Positions 9,740-20,260 are shown, counted from the first letter of the stretch. The stretch is 55,478 nt of DNA from Actinomycetes bacterium (GCA_037137855.1 JBAXJN010000002.1:1-55478); one strand, 5' to 3'. A program made the numbers and translations. Notes: generated from the sequence alone by a model not told the origin.

Positions 9740-10147
9740 ATGTCTGAGCGCACCCTCGTGCTAGTTAAGCCTGACGGCGTCGCCCGTGGCCTTGTCGGCG
9801 AAGTTCTCAGTCGCATCGAGCGCAAGGGCTTCACCATCGTCGCCCTGGAAATGCGCACTTTGCCTGTTGCCATCGCCGAAGCACATTACGCCGAGCACGC
9901 CGGTAAGCCCTTCTTCAAGAGCCTCGTGGAGTTCATCACCAGTGGACCGCTTGTTGCTGCAGTGATCGAAGGCGAAGCAGCAATCGTGCAGTGGCGCAAC
10001 ATGATGGGTGCGACAAACCCAGCCGCAGCCGAAATGGGAACCATTCGTGGTGATCTTGCAACTCAGATGCAGGAGAACGTCACTCACGGTTCAGACTCAC
10101 CTGATTCGGCAGCTCGCGAAATCGCACTGTTCTTCCCAGAGCTGTAG
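9740..10147 (+). CDS. ndk: Nucleoside-diphosphate kinase
   Basis: 135 aa. It begins [29 protein letters not shown] and contains NVTHGSDS, which holds the active-site His. GAAGGAG lies upstream of the ATG. Confidence 0.97.
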   Translation: MSERTLVLVKPDGVARGLVGEVLSRIERKGFTIVALEMRTLPVAIAEAHYAEHAGKPFFKSLVEFITSGPLVAAVIEGEAAIVQWRNMMGATNPAAAEMGTIRGDLATQMQENVTHGSDSPDSAAREIALFFPEL

Positions 10148-10161
10148 ACGGTCTGCGAAAG

Positions 10162-11523
10162 ATGCGTCCCTCCGCGCTCGGCCTTGGTTTAGGCGCCGCT
10201 GTTGGAGGGTACGTAGGTTTCAAGGCTCGCGGTAAAACATTGGTGCCGTGGCCGGCAAATGTTCAGGGGGCATTCCCGGGCACTCTTGGGGGAATCACCG
10301 GATTGCTCACTGGAGTTGGCGTTGATGTGTTGATCGCGGCTGCACGGCGACCACAGCGAGTACCAGCAGCAATGTTTGCAACAGCAGGGATTTTCGCAGT
10401 TGCTGGGCTTGCCGGTAAATACGCGGCTGGCAACGCTCTGACTGGAATTGCTAAAAAGGGCAGTGAGATTGATATCGGTTTTGCGAAGCCGCCAAGTGAC
10501 CCACTCGTGACGGGTTCCGATGCCTCAGCGATTCCTTACACGTCATTGGGACGCGAAGGTGCGCGATTTGTTAGCACGGTAACAACACCAGAAGATGTCA
10601 ATTTCGTTACCCAAGAAACACGGATTATCGAACCGGTTCGGGTGTTTATTGGTGTCGAATCTGCCGCAACAGTTTCTGAGCGGGTTCAGTTAGCCATCCA
10701 AGAGTTACATCGCACAGGTGCATTTGATCGAGCGCACCTATTGATTCAGGCACCCGCAGGTACCGGCTACGCAAACAGCACTCCGGTGGATGTTCTCGAA
10801 ATTCTTTCACTAGGCAACTGCGCAACAGTTGCTATTGGCTACGGCCTACTGCCGTCATTTCTGTCACTAGGCAAGGTTGCTCTTGCAGCCCAAACCCAAC
10901 GCGAGCTTCTTGACGCCATCCTCGCTGAACTTCGAGATCGGCCGACCAAGCCCGCACTCTTGCTCTATGGCGAGAGTCTGGGCGCCAAGGTTCAAGAGGC
11001 GGCAGTTGGGGCTGGGCTTATCGATCTGGATGCGTACGGCATTGCCCAGGCCCTGTGGGTTGGCACGCCAGGTGGCAAGGTCGCTGACGAATTCCATGCT
11101 CGCTGCGCCCAATCCAGCATCACCGTGGATCGGCCTGAACAAATTCCGGCTGACCTCACCGATCGGCCTCGGGTCTGGTTCTTGGAGCACGATGGTGATC
11201 CTGTGGTCCGCTTCCGTCCGGATTTGCTTGGGCACAGCCCCCTCTGGCTGGACTCAGCCAAGCCGCGCGGTCGAAATATCCCCGAATCCATGACTTGGAT
11301 GCCTTGGGTGACCTGGGCCCAGGTGTGTGTGGATGTGCTCTTTGCAACGAACGTCAAACCAGGGCAATTTCAAAGCTTGGGCCACGATTATCGGGCTGAT
11401 TTAGGGGCCGTGGTGGCTGCCGCTTTCGCCCTAAATGCCACGCCAGAGGTGGCAAAACGCCTAGAACAGCGCCTTCGCGAGCTCGAGCTTGCCCGGGCTT
11501 CGCGCATCGAAGTGTCTGCCTAA
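10162..11523 (+). CDS. Membrane-anchored alpha/beta-hydrolase family protein of unknown function (Abhydrolase_9-like)
   Basis: 453 aa. About three N-terminal TM helices are followed by a soluble domain with the nucleophile-elbow motif LYGESLGA (GxSxG). Confidence 0.65.
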   Translation: MRPSALGLGLGAAVGGYVGFKARGKTLVPWPANVQGAFPGTLGGITGLLTGVGVDVLIAAARRPQRVPAAMFATAGIFAVAGLAGKYAAGNALTGIAKKGSEIDIGFAKPPSDPLVTGSDASAIPYTSLGREGARFVSTVTTPEDVNFVTQETRIIEPVRVFIGVESAATVSERVQLAIQELHRTGAFDRAHLLIQAPAGTGYANSTPVDVLEILSLGNCATVAIGYGLLPSFLSLGKVALAAQTQRELLDAILAELRDRPTKPALLLYGESLGAKVQEAAVGAGLIDLDAYGIAQALWVGTPGGKVADEFHARCAQSSITVDRPEQIPADLTDRPRVWFLEHDGDPVVRFRPDLLGHSPLWLDSAKPRGRNIPESMTWMPWVTWAQVCVDVLFATNVKPGQFQSLGHDYRADLGAVVAAAFALNATPEVAKRLEQRLRELELARASRIEVSA

Positions 11524-11579
11524 CCTTGGCTTGGCCGTAAGATAGGCCACTCATCCTGCTGCAGAGAGGTCGCCTGACC

Positions 11580-12614
11580 ATGGCTCACGGTTCGTCTTCG
11601 TTCGTCGGCCGAGATATGGCCGTCGACCTAGGTACGGCCAATACTTTGGTGTATGTGCGCGGCCGCGGCATCGTGCTCAATGAGCCATCAGTGGTGGCTA
11701 TCAACAACAACACAGGCGGGATCTTGGCGGTTGGCTCAGAAGCCAAGCGAATGATTGGGCGCACCCCCGGCAACATCGTTGCCATTCGACCGCTCAAAGA
11801 CGGCGTGATTGCAGACTTCGACACCACCGAACGCATGCTGCGCTACTTCATTCAAAAAGTGCACAAGCGCCGCCACCTTGCAAAACCCAGACTCATCATC
11901 TGTGTTCCTTCAGGTATTACGGGTGTTGAGCAGCGTGCGGTCAAGGATGCTGGCTACGCAGCAGGAGCCCGCAAGGTCTTCATTATTGAAGAACCGATGG
12001 CCGCAGCAATTGGCGCCGGACTTCCCGTGCACGAGCCAACGGGCAACATGATTGTCGATATCGGTGGCGGCACTTCTGAAGTCGCCGTGATTTCACTTGG
12101 CGGCATTGTTACCAGCCTGTCTGTTCGAGTTGGTGGCGATGAACTCGATAACGCGATCATCAATTACGTGAAGCGCGAGTACTCGCTGATGCTTGGTGAG
12201 CGCACTGCAGAAGAAATCAAGGTCGCAATTGGTTCGGCATTCCCTTTGCCGGATGAGCCACATGCTGAAATTCGCGGACGCGATCTTGTTACCGGCTTGC
12301 CGCGAACCATCGTGGTGTCAGCAGAAGAAATTCGTCGGGCAATCGATGAGCCGGTTAATGCAATCGTGGCTGCGGTGAAAGCCACCCTTGATCGCACTCC
12401 ACCTGAGCTATCGGGCGACATCATGGATCGAGGCATCGTGCTCACTGGGGGCGGAGCCCTGCTGCGCGGCCTTGATGAGCGTTTGCGTCACGAAACAGGC
12501 ATGCCAATCTTGATCGCCGACCGCCCGCTTGATTGCGTAGTTCTAGGTTCCGGAAAGTGTGTCGAGGAATTCGATGCACTCCAGGCAGTACTCGTTTCCG
12601 AGCCACGGCGTTAG
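11580..12614 (+). CDS. mreB: Rod shape-determining protein MreB
   Basis: 344 aa. Actin-fold motifs are present: [43 protein letters not shown] and [15 protein letters not shown]. Confidence 0.97.
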   Translation: MAHGSSSFVGRDMAVDLGTANTLVYVRGRGIVLNEPSVVAINNNTGGILAVGSEAKRMIGRTPGNIVAIRPLKDGVIADFDTTERMLRYFIQKVHKRRHLAKPRLIICVPSGITGVEQRAVKDAGYAAGARKVFIIEEPMAAAIGAGLPVHEPTGNMIVDIGGGTSEVAVISLGGIVTSLSVRVGGDELDNAIINYVKREYSLMLGERTAEEIKVAIGSAFPLPDEPHAEIRGRDLVTGLPRTIVVSAEEIRRAIDEPVNAIVAAVKATLDRTPPELSGDIMDRGIVLTGGGALLRGLDERLRHETGMPILIADRPLDCVVLGSGKCVEEFDALQAVLVSEPRR

Positions 12615-12648
12615 GACGGCCGGTCACTAGACCAGCCGATATTTCACC

Positions 12649-13626
12649 ATGTTTCAGCGCCGCGCACGAGTGGTTATCGCGGTCCTTATTGTTGTGTCAC
12701 TTACGTTTGCAATTCTTGACCTGCGTGGTGGGAAAGGCCCGTTTGCAACCTTCCGTTCAGTTGTCGGAACCGCACTTGGCGGGGTTGAACGGGCAGGTGC
12801 CACGATTTTCTCACCCATCCTGGCCATTGGTGATTGGTGGGGAACATGGGGCGATCAACGCGATCAAATCAATACGTTACAAGCAGAAAATCAAGCGTTA
12901 AGTGACCTTGTTCGCCGTTCAGCACAAGACCGCGCTCGCGCAGATGCACTTGATGGGCTACTACGAGTAGCGGGTGCCGGCAGATACCGCATCACGCCCG
13001 CTGAAGTTATTGCTGTTGGTCCTGAACAGGAATTTAGTTGGACAATCACGATCGACATTGGCACTCAAGATGGCATAGAACGAGATATGTCAGTGATTAA
13101 TGCTGACGGACTTGTTGGGCGAGTGTCTGCAGTACACCGCACAACATCAACGGTAGTGCTGATTGTTGACCCGTCAATGTCGGTTGGTGCCCGGATTGCA
13201 GGAAGTGATGAAGTCGGTATTCTTTCTGGCACCGGAGATCAAAACTCCCTTGAGTTCCAGATGTTGAATCCACTCGCCAATGTTGACATTGGTACAGCGT
13301 TGGTGACCTTCGGTTCAAAAAATGGCAAGCCCTATGCACCAGGAATTCCAATTGGTGAAGTGACCGAGGTACGAGGCACTGCCGGTCAACTTACTCGGGT
13401 AGCTGCTATCAAGCCGTTTGCGCGGATGTCAGCGCTGTCCATCGTTGGAGTTGTCGTTCGTCCTCCTCGGACAGACCCAAGGGATTCGGTGTTACCTGCT
13501 CGACCACAGGAAGTCACCCCTTCTTTGAGTGCGACACCCATACCTTCGACCACAGGAAACCCGAGTGCAGCTACGCGTGGGAGTTGGTCTGATCCCTCGC
13601 CACAGCCTTCGCCGAAGGCTTCCTAA
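12649..13626 (+). CDS. mreC: Rod shape-determining protein MreC
   Basis: 325 aa. It has an N-terminal TM helix, a coiled segment (LQAENQALSDL) and beta-barrel region motifs (GLVGRVSAV, ALVTFGS..GKPYAPGIPIGEV). The C-terminal tail is Pro/Ser-rich. It sits directly between mreB and mreD. Confidence 0.85.
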   Translation: MFQRRARVVIAVLIVVSLTFAILDLRGGKGPFATFRSVVGTALGGVERAGATIFSPILAIGDWWGTWGDQRDQINTLQAENQALSDLVRRSAQDRARADALDGLLRVAGAGRYRITPAEVIAVGPEQEFSWTITIDIGTQDGIERDMSVINADGLVGRVSAVHRTTSTVVLIVDPSMSVGARIAGSDEVGILSGTGDQNSLEFQMLNPLANVDIGTALVTFGSKNGKPYAPGIPIGEVTEVRGTAGQLTRVAAIKPFARMSALSIVGVVVRPPRTDPRDSVLPARPQEVTPSLSATPIPSTTGNPSAATRGSWSDPSPQPSPKAS

Positions 13627-14135
13627 TGTGGTTACGCCAAGTCTTTATCCTTGTGGTGATATTCCTGATCTCGTTCTTAACGCAGAACTCCTTCCTAGGC
13701 CGGCTCGGATTACCAGGTTCGACGCCTGACCTCATCTTGGTTTCGGTGATTGCCGTTGCGCTGGCGTACGGCTCGGCGATGGGGATGATCTACGGCTTTG
13801 CTGCTGGAATTTTGGTTGATCTGGCTCCGTCCACTGAAGGGGTAATCGGAGTGAACGCGCTGCTCTTCATGGCTGCCGCTTTCTTCGTCGGTCGAGCCCT
13901 TGATCCACGTGATCGCACCGTTCCCTTACTTATTGGTCTGACTTCAGGCACGGTCGGAGCAGTGATTTTGGCTCGAGGGGTCATCGATTCGGTCCTTGGA
14001 CAACCAACGGTGGTGTGGGCAAATATGGCCGGACTCATCTTGAGCGGCGCGATCTATGCGGCTTTTCTGGCGCCCCTCGTAGTGGTCCCGGTGGGCTGGG
14101 TGGTGCAAAAATTCACCCCCGAGGTTGCAGTGTGA
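13626..14135 (+). CDS. mreD: Rod shape-determining protein MreD
   Basis: 169 aa and polytopic. Its ATG overlaps the mreC stop (TAATG). The call rests on position and hydrophobicity. Confidence 0.75.
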   Translation: MWLRQVFILVVIFLISFLTQNSFLGRLGLPGSTPDLILVSVIAVALAYGSAMGMIYGFAAGILVDLAPSTEGVIGVNALLFMAAAFFVGRALDPRDRTVPLLIGLTSGTVGAVILARGVIDSVLGQPTVVWANMAGLILSGAIYAAFLAPLVVVPVGWVVQKFTPEVAV

Positions 14136-14222
14136 AGGCTGGTAAGTGCGTTAATGGAACTATCCGAGCATTTGATCAGTCACAGTCGCAGGTTCTGTAC
14201 TGCCAGTTGAGGGGAGCGCAGC

Positions 14223-16346
14223 GTGCGTGATCGCTCCATGCTGCGCCTCATGGTGTTCGGGGTACTGGTCTTGTCTCTGGTTGTCACACTTTTCGCCCGC
14301 TTGATGTTTCTACAAATTATTAGCGGCGACTTTTATCTCAACGCCTCCGCGAACAACTCCGTTCGAGAAATCGTGCGTCCAGCAGTGCGAGGCTTAATTC
14401 TGGATCAAGCGGGGCGCCCAATCGTCTCCAACCGCACGACTTTGGAAGTAACTGTTGACCGTGTGACGCTAGGTCGGGCTAAGGATAAAGGCGCCGCGGT
14501 CATTAATCGCTTGGCGTTGTTGCTCAATGTTCCAACATCACAGATCACTGATCGCCTCCTCACCTGTGGCACCGAAGGTGCGAAACCACCTCCTGTGTGT
14601 TGGAACGGGTCGACTTACCAGCCAGTCCCAATTGCTAATGGCATCGATACTCAGACAGCGATCAACATCATGGAACGTCGAACTGACTTCCCTGGCGTGA
14701 GCGCTCAACTGCAGGCTAATCGCATCTACCCGGCTCCTTTTGGAGTGAACGCCGCGCATATTTTGGGTTACCTCGGGCCGGTGACTGAATCACAACTACA
14801 GTCACAAGTTGATGCCAATGCGGCAGATCGGCTTCGTCGTACTGATGTTGTGGGCCGTTCTGGTTTGGAAGCGCAATACGATACCGCGCTGCGCGGTCAA
14901 CCTGAGGTCACCTCTCTTTCCATTGATACGTCAGGGCGCGTCACCAACAAGATTGGTACCAACGCCGCGACCCCCGGCAATTATCTGGTCAGCACGATTG
15001 ATGCTCATTTGCAGGCGGTCGTAGAAAATCAGCTCGTGAATGCCGTGCAACGTGCGCGCTCACAGGGTTACCCAGGTAAGTCAGGGGCAGCCGTGGTCAT
15101 TGACGTCAAAACAGGCAACGTTCTGGCGATGGCGAGTTACCCCACGTATGACCCAGCCATCTGGGTTGGCGGCGTGACGACAAAGCAGTATGAGCAGCTG
15201 AAAAATTCAGAAGCCTTATCCTCGAATGCGATTCAGGGCACCTTCGCACCGGGTTCGACATACAAAGTTATTAGCACTGCTGCTGCTGCGAAAGAAAAAT
15301 TCAATCTTTACGGGCAGTACAAATGCCCCAATGAGTACAAGGCCGGAAATCAAACCTTCCGAAATTATGAATCCCGCGGATACGGAGCAATTTCCCTCGC
15401 TCGGGCTCTAGAAGTTTCGTGTAACACCGTCTTTTATGGCATCGCTGACACGATGTGGAAGCAAGGTGGCGGTCTGAGTGCTGAGCGCACCGCACCAGAT
15501 CCGATTGCCAATATGGCGAAGTCGTTTGGTCTTGGTACTAAGACAGGGGTTGACTTACCTGGTGAATCAGGTGGACGTGTTGCGAGTCGACTGTTCAAGG
15601 CAGAGAACTGGGATAGCAAGAAAGACAGTTGGTGCGCGAATGCGCTTGACGGTTATTCAGAAACACGTAAGACCAACCCAACATTGGCAAACTTCTATAC
15701 CGCGTTGGATAAAGAGAATTGTGCAGACGGATTCCGATGGCGCGAGGGAGATGCTTTGAATGCCGCTATTGGACAAGGTGACACGGTTGTTACTCCGTTG
15801 CAGATGGCAATGGTCTATTCAGCAATTGCAAATGGTGGAACCGTGTATCAACCTCGAGTGGTCAAGGGTGTTATCGGCCCTGAGGGCAAGGTTCTGGAAA
15901 ACTTTGCGCCTGTGGTCAAGTCAAAGATCGCGGCTCCGAAATCGGCAATAGATTTTCTGCAGGCTGCGTTACCAGGAGTGACCGTGAGAGGGTCCGGTAA
16001 GACTCCGTTTGCTGGCTTCCCGTTGGCGCAGATCCCGGTTGCATCAAAGACTGGGTCAGCACAGGTCACCGGCAACAAGGTGTCCACATCTTGGTTCGCG
16101 TCCTACGCGCCTGCAAACAACCCCAAGTACGCGATTGTCATGATGGTGGCTGAAGGTGGCACCGGTTCGGGAACTTCAGGTCCCAGTGTGCGCAAAATCT
16201 ATGAGGCACTATTCGGTGTGAGCGGAAAATCCGTGAACTCGGCGAAGAGCATTCTCGTCGGTGGAATGCCAAAACTTGATTTGCCGAAAGTGCGGCCAGA
16301 CGGCACTCCAGTTGCACCAAAGGGTAAGAATTCAGGGGTGAACTGA
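14223..16346 (+). CDS. mrdA: Penicillin-binding protein 2 (elongasome class B transpeptidase)
   Basis: 707 aa with a GTG start preceded by GGGGAG. It has a TM anchor and the PBP motifs SxxK (GSTYKV), SxN (SCN) and KTG (SKTGSAQ). Confidence 0.9.
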   Translation: MRDRSMLRLMVFGVLVLSLVVTLFARLMFLQIISGDFYLNASANNSVREIVRPAVRGLILDQAGRPIVSNRTTLEVTVDRVTLGRAKDKGAAVINRLALLLNVPTSQITDRLLTCGTEGAKPPPVCWNGSTYQPVPIANGIDTQTAINIMERRTDFPGVSAQLQANRIYPAPFGVNAAHILGYLGPVTESQLQSQVDANAADRLRRTDVVGRSGLEAQYDTALRGQPEVTSLSIDTSGRVTNKIGTNAATPGNYLVSTIDAHLQAVVENQLVNAVQRARSQGYPGKSGAAVVIDVKTGNVLAMASYPTYDPAIWVGGVTTKQYEQLKNSEALSSNAIQGTFAPGSTYKVISTAAAAKEKFNLYGQYKCPNEYKAGNQTFRNYESRGYGAISLARALEVSCNTVFYGIADTMWKQGGGLSAERTAPDPIANMAKSFGLGTKTGVDLPGESGGRVASRLFKAENWDSKKDSWCANALDGYSETRKTNPTLANFYTALDKENCADGFRWREGDALNAAIGQGDTVVTPLQMAMVYSAIANGGTVYQPRVVKGVIGPEGKVLENFAPVVKSKIAAPKSAIDFLQAALPGVTVRGSGKTPFAGFPLAQIPVASKTGSAQVTGNKVSTSWFASYAPANNPKYAIVMMVAEGGTGSGTSGPSVRKIYEALFGVSGKSVNSAKSILVGGMPKLDLPKVRPDGTPVAPKGKNSGVN

Positions 16347-17527
16347 TGAGTATGTTTTCGGTGACGAGTTCAAGTGATCAGCGCTTCTCGCCCACAAGCA
16401 ACAGTGGGGTGTCCTTGCGCGACCTTGATTGGGTCCTGCTCGCGGCCGCATTAGCCGCAACAATTCTTGGCGCAATGTTGGTGTGGTCGGCAAGCCTTGC
16501 TGACCTTGCCTCGCCAACTGATCCACAGTCCTATCTCAAGAAACATGTCATAAACATTGTTTTAGGTTTAGCGCTTGGTTACGTTGCTTCGCGGTTGGAC
16601 TACCGATGGTTACGTGCATACACGCCAGTGATCTATGCAATTTCGACGGTCTCATTGCTTTTGGTCTTTGTTCCAGGGCTTGGAACAAAGATCGCGGGCG
16701 CACGCGCTTGGATTCAACTGCCTGGTGGCTTCACCATCCAACCTTCGGAATTTGTGAAGATTGCCGTCATCTTGATGATGGCTGTGATTCTGTCTGAAAA
16801 AGATCGGGCAGATCAGGAACCTGCGGACAAAGATGTGATGTTCGCTCTTGGGGTTGCAGTTGTGCCTTTGCTCATTATTTTGGTGCAAAACGACACGGGC
16901 AGCGTGTTGATCCTTGGATCAGTAGCCCTTGCAGTAATCGCGGTAAGTGGGGCTCGCACGAAATGGCTGATTGGGCTGCTGCTGAGTTCCATTTTTGGCG
17001 TGCTCATAGCAATTCAACTTGGGCTGTTGAAGCAATATCAGGTCGATCGGCTTACCTCGTTCATTAATCCAACCGCTGACGCAAGCAGCATTGCGTATAA
17101 CTCAACACAGGCCAGGATCGCTATTGGTGGCGGTGGGTGGTTTGGTTTTGGGCTCTTCAACGGTCCACAAACCCAGGGGCGCTTCGTTCCAGTCAATGAA
17201 AGTGACTTCATTTTCACGGTGGCCGGCGAAGAGCTGGGCTTCATCGGTGCCGGAATTCTGATCCTGCTCTTAGGCATCGTCCTATGGCGAGCGATTGTCA
17301 TTGCCATGAAGGCTGACGACATGTACGGCCGACTAGTGGCAACGGGAATTGTGGCTTGGCTGGCCTTTCAGATGTTTGAAAACATTGGCATGACCCTTGG
17401 GATTATGCCAATCACGGGTGTTCCGTTGCCCTTTGTGTCAGCCGGAGGCACGTCGATGATGGCCGTCTGGATAGCCGTCGGATTGCTTCAGAACGTCCGA
17501 TTGCATAGCCAGCAGCAACTGCCCTAG
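16346..17527 (+). CDS. rodA: Rod shape-determining protein RodA (SEDS glycosyltransferase)
   Basis: 393 aa and polytopic. SEDS motifs are present: QPSEFVKI, DTGS, ESDFIFTVAGEELGF and PITGVPLPFVSAGGTS. Its ATG overlaps the PBP2 stop (TGATG). Confidence 0.9.
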   Translation: MSMFSVTSSSDQRFSPTSNSGVSLRDLDWVLLAAALAATILGAMLVWSASLADLASPTDPQSYLKKHVINIVLGLALGYVASRLDYRWLRAYTPVIYAISTVSLLLVFVPGLGTKIAGARAWIQLPGGFTIQPSEFVKIAVILMMAVILSEKDRADQEPADKDVMFALGVAVVPLLIILVQNDTGSVLILGSVALAVIAVSGARTKWLIGLLLSSIFGVLIAIQLGLLKQYQVDRLTSFINPTADASSIAYNSTQARIAIGGGGWFGFGLFNGPQTQGRFVPVNESDFIFTVAGEELGFIGAGILILLLGIVLWRAIVIAMKADDMYGRLVATGIVAWLAFQMFENIGMTLGIMPITGVPLPFVSAGGTSMMAVWIAVGLLQNVRLHSQQQLP

Positions 17528-17551
17528 TTAAAAGCAACGTACACTCTGCAG

Positions 17552-19513
17552 GTGACCGTTATAGATGCTCGAGTAAAAGGCGCCTCCATCTTCAACGAGG
17601 TTGAGGCTCTGCTGCCCATGGTTTCAAAGCCGATTCAATATGTCGGTGGCGAGCTCAACGCGGTGGTTAAGCCGTGGGAATCCGTCGACGTGCGCTGGGT
17701 GATCATGTACCCGGATGCGTACGAAGTCGGTGCGCCAAATCAAGGTGTCCAGATCCTTTACGAAATCATCAATGAACTTCCGAACGCACTCGCTGAGCGC
17801 ACCTACTCAATCTGGCCTGACCTTGAGAAGCTGATGCGCGAAGCAGGAGTTCCGCAGTTCACTGTTGATGCGCATCGATCCGTTGGCGACTTCGATCTCT
17901 TTGGGCTTTCATTTTCAACTGAGCTTGGTTACACCAACATGTTGACGGCAATTGATCTGGCTGGAATTCCCATCTTTGCCAAAGATCGCACGATCGATCA
18001 CCCAGTGGTTGTCGCAGGTGGGCATGCCGCATTCAATCCGGAACCAATTGCTGAATTCATCGATGCAGCTGTGATCGGCGATGGCGAAGAAGCGGTCCTA
18101 AAGATCACCGAACTCGTGCAGCAATGGAAAAATGATGGGCAGCCAGGCGGCCGCGATGGGCTGTTGTTGTCGATTGCCACTTCTGGCGTTGCTTACGTTC
18201 CTAAGTTCTACGACGTTTCTTATCTGCCAGACGGTCGCATTCAGCGGGTGGTACCAACGAGCCCAGATGTGCCATGGCGAGTTTCCAAGCACACGCTGAT
18301 GGATCTCGATGCTTGGCCTTACCCAAAGGCTCCACTGGTTCCGCTCGCCGAAACCGTGCATGAGCGATTAAGTGTTGAAATTTTCCGAGGATGCACACGC
18401 GGTTGTCGTTTTTGCCAAGCTGGCATGATCACGCGCCCGGTCCGCGAGCGCAGCATCACCACGGTTGCCGACATGATCGACACTGGATTATGTAAAACGG
18501 GCTTCCAAGAGATCGGCTTGCTTTCGCTCTCGAGTGCCGATCACTCAGAGATCGCAGAAATGGCGAAGGCTCTTGCTGACCGTTATGAAGGTGATCAGAC
18601 CTCACTTTCACTTCCGAGCACCCGCGTTGACGCCTTCAACATTGATTTGGCAAATGAACTATCACGTAACGGTCGACGCAGTGGTTTAACTTTTGCCCCT
18701 GAAGGTGGCAGTGAGCGGATGCGCACAGTCATCAACAAGCAGGTAACTGAAGAAGATCTCATTCGTACCGTTTCGACGGCATACGGTGCAGGCTGGCGAC
18801 AGGTGAAGTTGTATTTCATGTGTGGATTGCCGACAGAAACCGATGATGATGTGTTGCAGATTGCAGCACTTGCGCGCGAAGTCATCCGAGCTGGCCGTGA
18901 AGCAGCGGGCACAAAGGACATTCGCTGCACAATCTCAATTGGTGGCTTTATCCCCAAGCCACACACTCCGTTTCAGTGGGCGGCTCAGTTGGATCACGAA
19001 ACTACAGATGCCCGTCTGCACAAACTCAAAGACGCGATTCGCGCTGACAAGCAATTCGGCAAAGCAATCGGAATGCGCTATCACGATGGCAGACCTGGAA
19101 TCATTGAAGGATTGCTGTCCCGAGGTGATCGCCGGGTCGGAAAAGTCATTCATCAGGCTTGGCTTGATGGTGCGCGCTTTGACGGTTGGAGCGAGCACTT
19201 CTCTTATGACCTTTGGATGAATGCCGCAGAAGTCGCACTCGCTGATGAAATCGTCGACGTTGATTGGTACACCACGCGCGAACGTCAAAAGACTGAAGTA
19301 TTCCCTTGGGATCACATTGATTCAGGTCTTGATTCCGAATGGCTCTGGGAAGACTGGCAGGCAGCAATTGCTGAAGAAAATGTTGGCGATTGCCGTTGGA
19401 CACCTTGCTCGGATTGTGGAGTCTGTGACCAGTTGGGCACCGACATTCAAGTCGGGCCTACAGGTGTTACCGAACTTCCGATGCCAATGATGCGGCCAAG
19501 TGTGGTGAACTAG
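17552..19513 (+). CDS. Radical SAM protein, TIGR03960-like (B12-binding-like N-domain plus radical SAM core); function unknown
   Basis: 653 aa. The 4Fe-4S/SAM motif CTRGCRFCQAG (CxxxCxxC) lies near nt 18392-18420. The N-terminus VSKPIQYVGGELN and the overall size match the uncharacterised TIGR03960 family as I remember it. Confidence 0.8.
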   Translation: MTVIDARVKGASIFNEVEALLPMVSKPIQYVGGELNAVVKPWESVDVRWVIMYPDAYEVGAPNQGVQILYEIINELPNALAERTYSIWPDLEKLMREAGVPQFTVDAHRSVGDFDLFGLSFSTELGYTNMLTAIDLAGIPIFAKDRTIDHPVVVAGGHAAFNPEPIAEFIDAAVIGDGEEAVLKITELVQQWKNDGQPGGRDGLLLSIATSGVAYVPKFYDVSYLPDGRIQRVVPTSPDVPWRVSKHTLMDLDAWPYPKAPLVPLAETVHERLSVEIFRGCTRGCRFCQAGMITRPVRERSITTVADMIDTGLCKTGFQEIGLLSLSSADHSEIAEMAKALADRYEGDQTSLSLPSTRVDAFNIDLANELSRNGRRSGLTFAPEGGSERMRTVINKQVTEEDLIRTVSTAYGAGWRQVKLYFMCGLPTETDDDVLQIAALAREVIRAGREAAGTKDIRCTISIGGFIPKPHTPFQWAAQLDHETTDARLHKLKDAIRADKQFGKAIGMRYHDGRPGIIEGLLSRGDRRVGKVIHQAWLDGARFDGWSEHFSYDLWMNAAEVALADEIVDVDWYTTRERQKTEVFPWDHIDSGLDSEWLWEDWQAAIAEENVGDCRWTPCSDCGVCDQLGTDIQVGPTGVTELPMPMMRPSVVN

Positions 19514-20260
19514 TTGGCTCGTCCTGCCCCGGTGCGTGATTTCGCACCAACCATTCAAAAAATACGTTTGAAGTATGCCAAACGCGGGCGTCTGCGTTTT
19601 TCATCTCACCGTGACTTTCAGCGGGCTTTTGAACGCGCGCTCCGCCGGGCCAATGTGCCGATCGCTTTCAGTACCGGCTTTTCGCCGCATCCCAAGGTTT
19701 CTTACAACAACGCTGCGCCAACGGGCACAGCCAGCGAAGCCGAATACATTGAAATTGGTGTGACGGTGGAGTGCGATCCTGATCGCATTCGTCTAGCGCT
19801 GGATGAAGCGTTACCGCCAGGCTTAGACATTATTGATGCAGTCATCTCCAACTCGCCCGACTTCGCTGGCCGTTTAGAAGCAAGTGTGTGGCATTTGGAG
19901 TTCCTAGGAGTCACGCATGGTCAGCTCGACTCAGCGGTGAGTGCCTTCCTTGTAGAGACGGAAGTCCTCGTGGAGCGCCTCATGAAGACCGGTATTCGGA
20001 CCTTTGATGCTCGGTCAGCAGTGCTGTTCGCAGAGGTACATCCACCAGAGTCGATACCGCTGGATCCAGAGTGTGCGATACTCACCTTGGTTGTTCGGCA
20101 TAGCGTTCCCGCTGTTCGACCTGACGATGTTCTTGCCGCGCTGCGGCGAGTGGCTGACCTCGTGCCGCCCACCCCTGTGAGGGTGACCCGGCTGGCGCAG
20201 GGACCACTTGCCCCCGATGGCCAAGGCGTAGGGGATCCCTTCGCTCTTGACCGCGGTTAG
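19514..20260 (+). CDS. Radical SAM-associated protein, TIGR03936/DUF2344-like; function unknown
   Basis: 248 aa. Its TTG start is the codon immediately after the radical SAM stop (TAG|TTG). The opening KIRLKYAKRGRLRFSSHRDFQRAFERALRRANVPIAFSTGFSPHPKVSY resembles the family that is found fused to, or adjacent to, TIGR03960 proteins. Confidence 0.7.
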   Translation: MARPAPVRDFAPTIQKIRLKYAKRGRLRFSSHRDFQRAFERALRRANVPIAFSTGFSPHPKVSYNNAAPTGTASEAEYIEIGVTVECDPDRIRLALDEALPPGLDIIDAVISNSPDFAGRLEASVWHLEFLGVTHGQLDSAVSAFLVETEVLVERLMKTGIRTFDARSAVLFAEVHPPESIPLDPECAILTLVVRHSVPAVRPDDVLAALRRVADLVPPTPVRVTRLAQGPLAPDGQGVGDPFALDRG

